A DNA stretch of 64,000 bases from Felis catus (lineage: Eukaryota): NCBI RefSeq assembly GCF_018350175.1, contig NC_058369.1, positions 11,906,001 through 11,970,000 on the forward strand, in the 5' to 3' direction. Under the pieces are notes generated by a model. That model saw only the letters and a list, made by a program, of their open reading frames with translations. It did not search any database and had not been told where the DNA came from. The position numbers and the translations under genes were made by a program. The first letter of the stretch is position 1. Each line of letters begins with the position of its first letter. Shown here one piece after another: positions 60,731-64,000 of the stretch.

Positions 60731-62091
60731 AATGTCAGTAGGCTGTTGCTTCCAGCAAAGGGGAGCCACGGACATAGCCCAGAGGTGAGGCAGCTCCAGG
60801 CAGAGCTGAGGGGGCGGAGGGGGGAAGTCTGCTGGGCTCAGGCCCCACAGGGAAGGTCCCCCGAAGAGGCCCAGAGCCCCCTGCCACCTGCAGCTCAGGA
60901 GTAGAGGGAAAGGCCCAGAGCAAGCGGCAGTCGCCCTCCTCCCCAAAGAGACAGGCCAGTAGGACAGAGTGTGGAGCGGACAATTAGCACGTGCCCCAGC
61001 AAGACACGGGGGACTGGGCTCGAGGAATGGGATGGAGAGATAAATCTGACTCTGTCAGGTCCTTGAGTTCCCTCTTGTGAGGCCAAAGACTTGCCTCTAC
61101 ATCACGTGTGGCCCACAACGCTCTCCCAGCAAAAGCTGGCTCACCTTTGGAGACACATCTCTGTGGCTAGAGGTGACACCTTCCGTAGGTGAGTGGGGAG
61201 AAAGGGAGGCAGACAGGGTAAACCACAAGCAGGGGACTGTGCAGTCTCCAGCCAGGCTTGCTGTGTGCCTCAGGGGAGTGACTTTGCCTCTCTGGGCTTC
61301 AGTTATTTGTCTGTATAATGAAAACAAAATAAAATAGGAAGTGTCCTGTGCTAAAAGGTCCTCACCGGAGAGCTTGAGGAGGTTTGGAGCAAAAGAAACT
61401 GCAAGGTGGGTAGTTGATTGTCCTTTCCAAGCTTCCTGATCCTAGAAATGGAGGTAAGAGTGCCCATCTTAGAGGGTAAAGTAAGACGAAGCATGTCGAA
61501 CTCCTTGCCGTGGCATGCACAGGAGGCACGTAAGAAAGGTTAACTGTTAGCAGCAGGGCAATGGGGAGCCAGTGCAGGGTTCTAACCAAGGGAGAGGCAT
61601 GTCATTTCACCGTGGTGGTGGCCATTATGGAGGCTCATCCAGAAGAGGAAATCTGGAACCAAAGAGCCCAGAGAAGGAGCAGGGTTGAAGTTGAAGAATG
61701 ACAAGACAGGAACCTAGTAGGGTACTGGGAGGAGAGGAAGAAGAGAGGAAGCTCAGGTAGAACCTTCAGGATGCAGTGAGTGGGGCGGAAGGAGACCAGG
61801 CTACCACCACATCTCTGACCCAGGTGCCTGGGAGGGTCAGTGAGGCCAGCACTAAGCCCGGGCACAGAGGTAGAACAGGATTGGGGGTAGACGCTGAGCT
61901 GGGCTTGACACAAGGTCTGTGGGAGCCAGGGCAAGTTCAGCAAAGGTGGGGCACCCAAGAGATGTGTCTGGAGCCTTGGGATGGGAGCTCGAGGGACGCA
62001 GTGACCTTGACCTGAGAGTGAGGTGGAATCCATCATTTACTTACCCACCCATCTCTCCTGATGAGTTCCTTAAAGGTATGTGGGGACCAGA

Positions 62092-62142
<51 letters not shown>
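62092..62142 (+). repeat. (TG)n microsatellite
   Basis: gtgtgtgt run. Confidence 0.95.
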
Positions 62143-62144
<2 letters not shown>

Positions 62145-62414
62145 ATATTGCATAGATCATGCTTCAGGCTGAAACATAGTTTGTATTCATCCTTCAGATT
62201 AAGAAGTAAAACATCCATGTACATCCCCCCCAACCATTCCCATATTCCCATACTGCCCATGTCGCTGCCCTCCCTACCCATCTCTCTGACACACCCAACA
62301 TCTACAGCTAGTGTTGATCACTCCCATACACATTTTGCACCTTTACTACAAGGGACATATCCATGAACAATCCATAGAATCATTTTGCGTGTTTTTAAAC
62401 TTTACCTAAGCAAC

Positions 62415-63700
62415 TTTCTTCTTTATTTTATTTTATTTTATTTTATTTATTTCATTTTAAGTTTATTTATTTATTTTGAGAGAGGCAGAGACAGTGCAAG
62501 TGGGGGAGGGGCAGAGAGCAAGGGAGAGAGAGAATCCCAAGCAGGCTCTGAGCTGTCAGCACAGAGCCCAATGTGGGGCTTGAACCCACAAATCGTGAGA
62601 TCATGACCTGAGCCGAAACCAAGAGTTGGATGCTCAAATGACCGAGCCACCCAGGTGCCCCTTTTCTTTATTTTTTTAAATTTTATTTAAATCCAAGAAA
62701 GTTAACATATAGTGTACCTTTGGTTTCAGAAGTAGGATTTCATGATTCATCACTTACATATAACACCCAGTGCTCATCCCAACAAGTGTCCTCCTCAATG
62801 CCCATCACCCATTTAGCCCACCCCCCACCCACCTCCCCTCCAGCAACCCTCAGTTTGTCCTCTGTATTTAAGAGTCTCGTATGGTTTGCCCCCCTCTCTG
62901 TTTTCATCTTATTTTTCCTTCACTTCCTCTATGCTCATCTGTTTTGTTTCTTTAATTCCACATATGAGTGAAATCATACAACCTTCTTCTTTTTTAAAAT
63001 GTTTATTTATTAGCCATACAGAGAAAGACAGATACCATATGGTTTCACTCTTATGTGGATCTTGAGAAACTTAACAGAAACCCATGGGGGAGGGGAAGGA
63101 AAAAAAAAAAGAGGTTAGAGTGGGAGAGAGCCAAAGCATAAGAGACTGTTAAAAACTGAGAACCAACTGAGGGTTGATGGGGGGTGGGAGGGAGGGGAGG
63201 GTGGGTGATGGGTATTGAGGAGGGCACCTTTTGGGATGAGCACTGGGTGTTGTATGGAAACCAATTTGACAATAAAGTTCATATATTGAAATAAATAAAT
63301 AAATAAATAGATAGATAATAAGATGTTTATTTATTTATTTTGAAAGAGAGCACAAGAACGTGAGTTGGGGAGAGGCAGGGAGAGAGGGAGAGAGAGAGAG
63401 AAGCCCAAGCAGGCTCCAAGGTATCAGTGCAGGGCTTGGGGCTCGATCCCATGAACCGAGAGATCATGACCTGAGCCCAGATCAACAGCTGGATGCTTAA
63501 CCTATTGAGCCACCCAGGCACCCCATATACCACATTTTCTTGACCATCCACTGACAGATTCTTGGGTTGTTTTCCATATCTTGGCTATTGTGAATAATGC
63601 AGCAATGAACTTGGGATTGCAGATAGCTCTCAGCTATTCTGTTTTCATTTCCTTTTTAATTTTTTGAGGAACCTCCATATAGTTTTCCATAGTGGTTGCA
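62415..63700. mobile_element. Stack of SINE (62415-62661 -), L1 3' end (62680-62980 -), L1 3' end (63015-63310 +), SINE (63325-63524 -) and L1 (-)
   Basis: aacacccagtgctcatcccaacaag on one strand and ttgggatgagcactgggtgttgtatgg on the other; SINE heads. Confidence 0.85.
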
Positions 63701-64000
63701 CCAGGATTCGGAATTGTACTCTACATATTACGGGGAGGGGGAATGGAATGCTACACAAAGGACAAGATTTAGTTTACTTCTGTAAAAGCTCCTCCTGCCT
63801 GCTTAACGAAGATGTTATTTTAGGGGCCAGAAATGGAAAACAGAGCCATGTGGATATCCGAGGAAAAAGAATGTTTAAGCAGAGGGAACAGAAACTGCAA
63901 AGGCCCTGAGGCAGAAGCATGTCTGGCTTGTTCCGGGAACATCAATGATACCAGAAATGAGTGCAGTGGAGAGTAGGAGGTGAGATCATAAATGAGAAGG

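Noticed and set aside
6843..63551. Recurrent short ORFs containing TSAQVMIS...VLTAQSLEPASDSVSPSLS
   Set aside because: Translations of CAN-SINE copies, not a gene family or repeat array

Overview
Mammalian genomic DNA, almost certainly from a felid (many carnivore tRNA-Lys-derived CAN-SINEs, including young SINEC_Fc-type copies). The window is an olfactory-receptor (OR) cluster. It holds three intact OR genes: OR10H3/4-like (+, 1956-2906), OR10H1/2/5-like (-, 11136-12095) and OR2Z1-like (+, 40359-41303), plus a 5'-only OR10H relic near 7.5 kb. The main result is not visible in the ORF track: an apparently intact 7-exon minus-strand gene (29454 to 22991, 729-nt CDS, 242 aa) encoding a type II C-type lectin of the CLEC4G/LSECtin-CD209 type. 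All its splice sites are GT-AG and phase-compatible, and all 8 CRD cysteines are present, but the Ca2+/sugar-binding motifs are replaced (EPN to KLH, WND to WSN). Other notable items are a candidate OR enhancer at about 19.8 kb (H/P-element-like homeodomain motif plus O/E sites), patchy gene conversion between the two OR10H genes, a start-codon shift in the minus OR10H gene, and a probable twin-primed L1. Most of the rest is SINE, L1, MLT, DNA-transposon and simple repeats. Family and orthologue names come from recalled sequences, not from database searches, and repeat boundaries are approximate.
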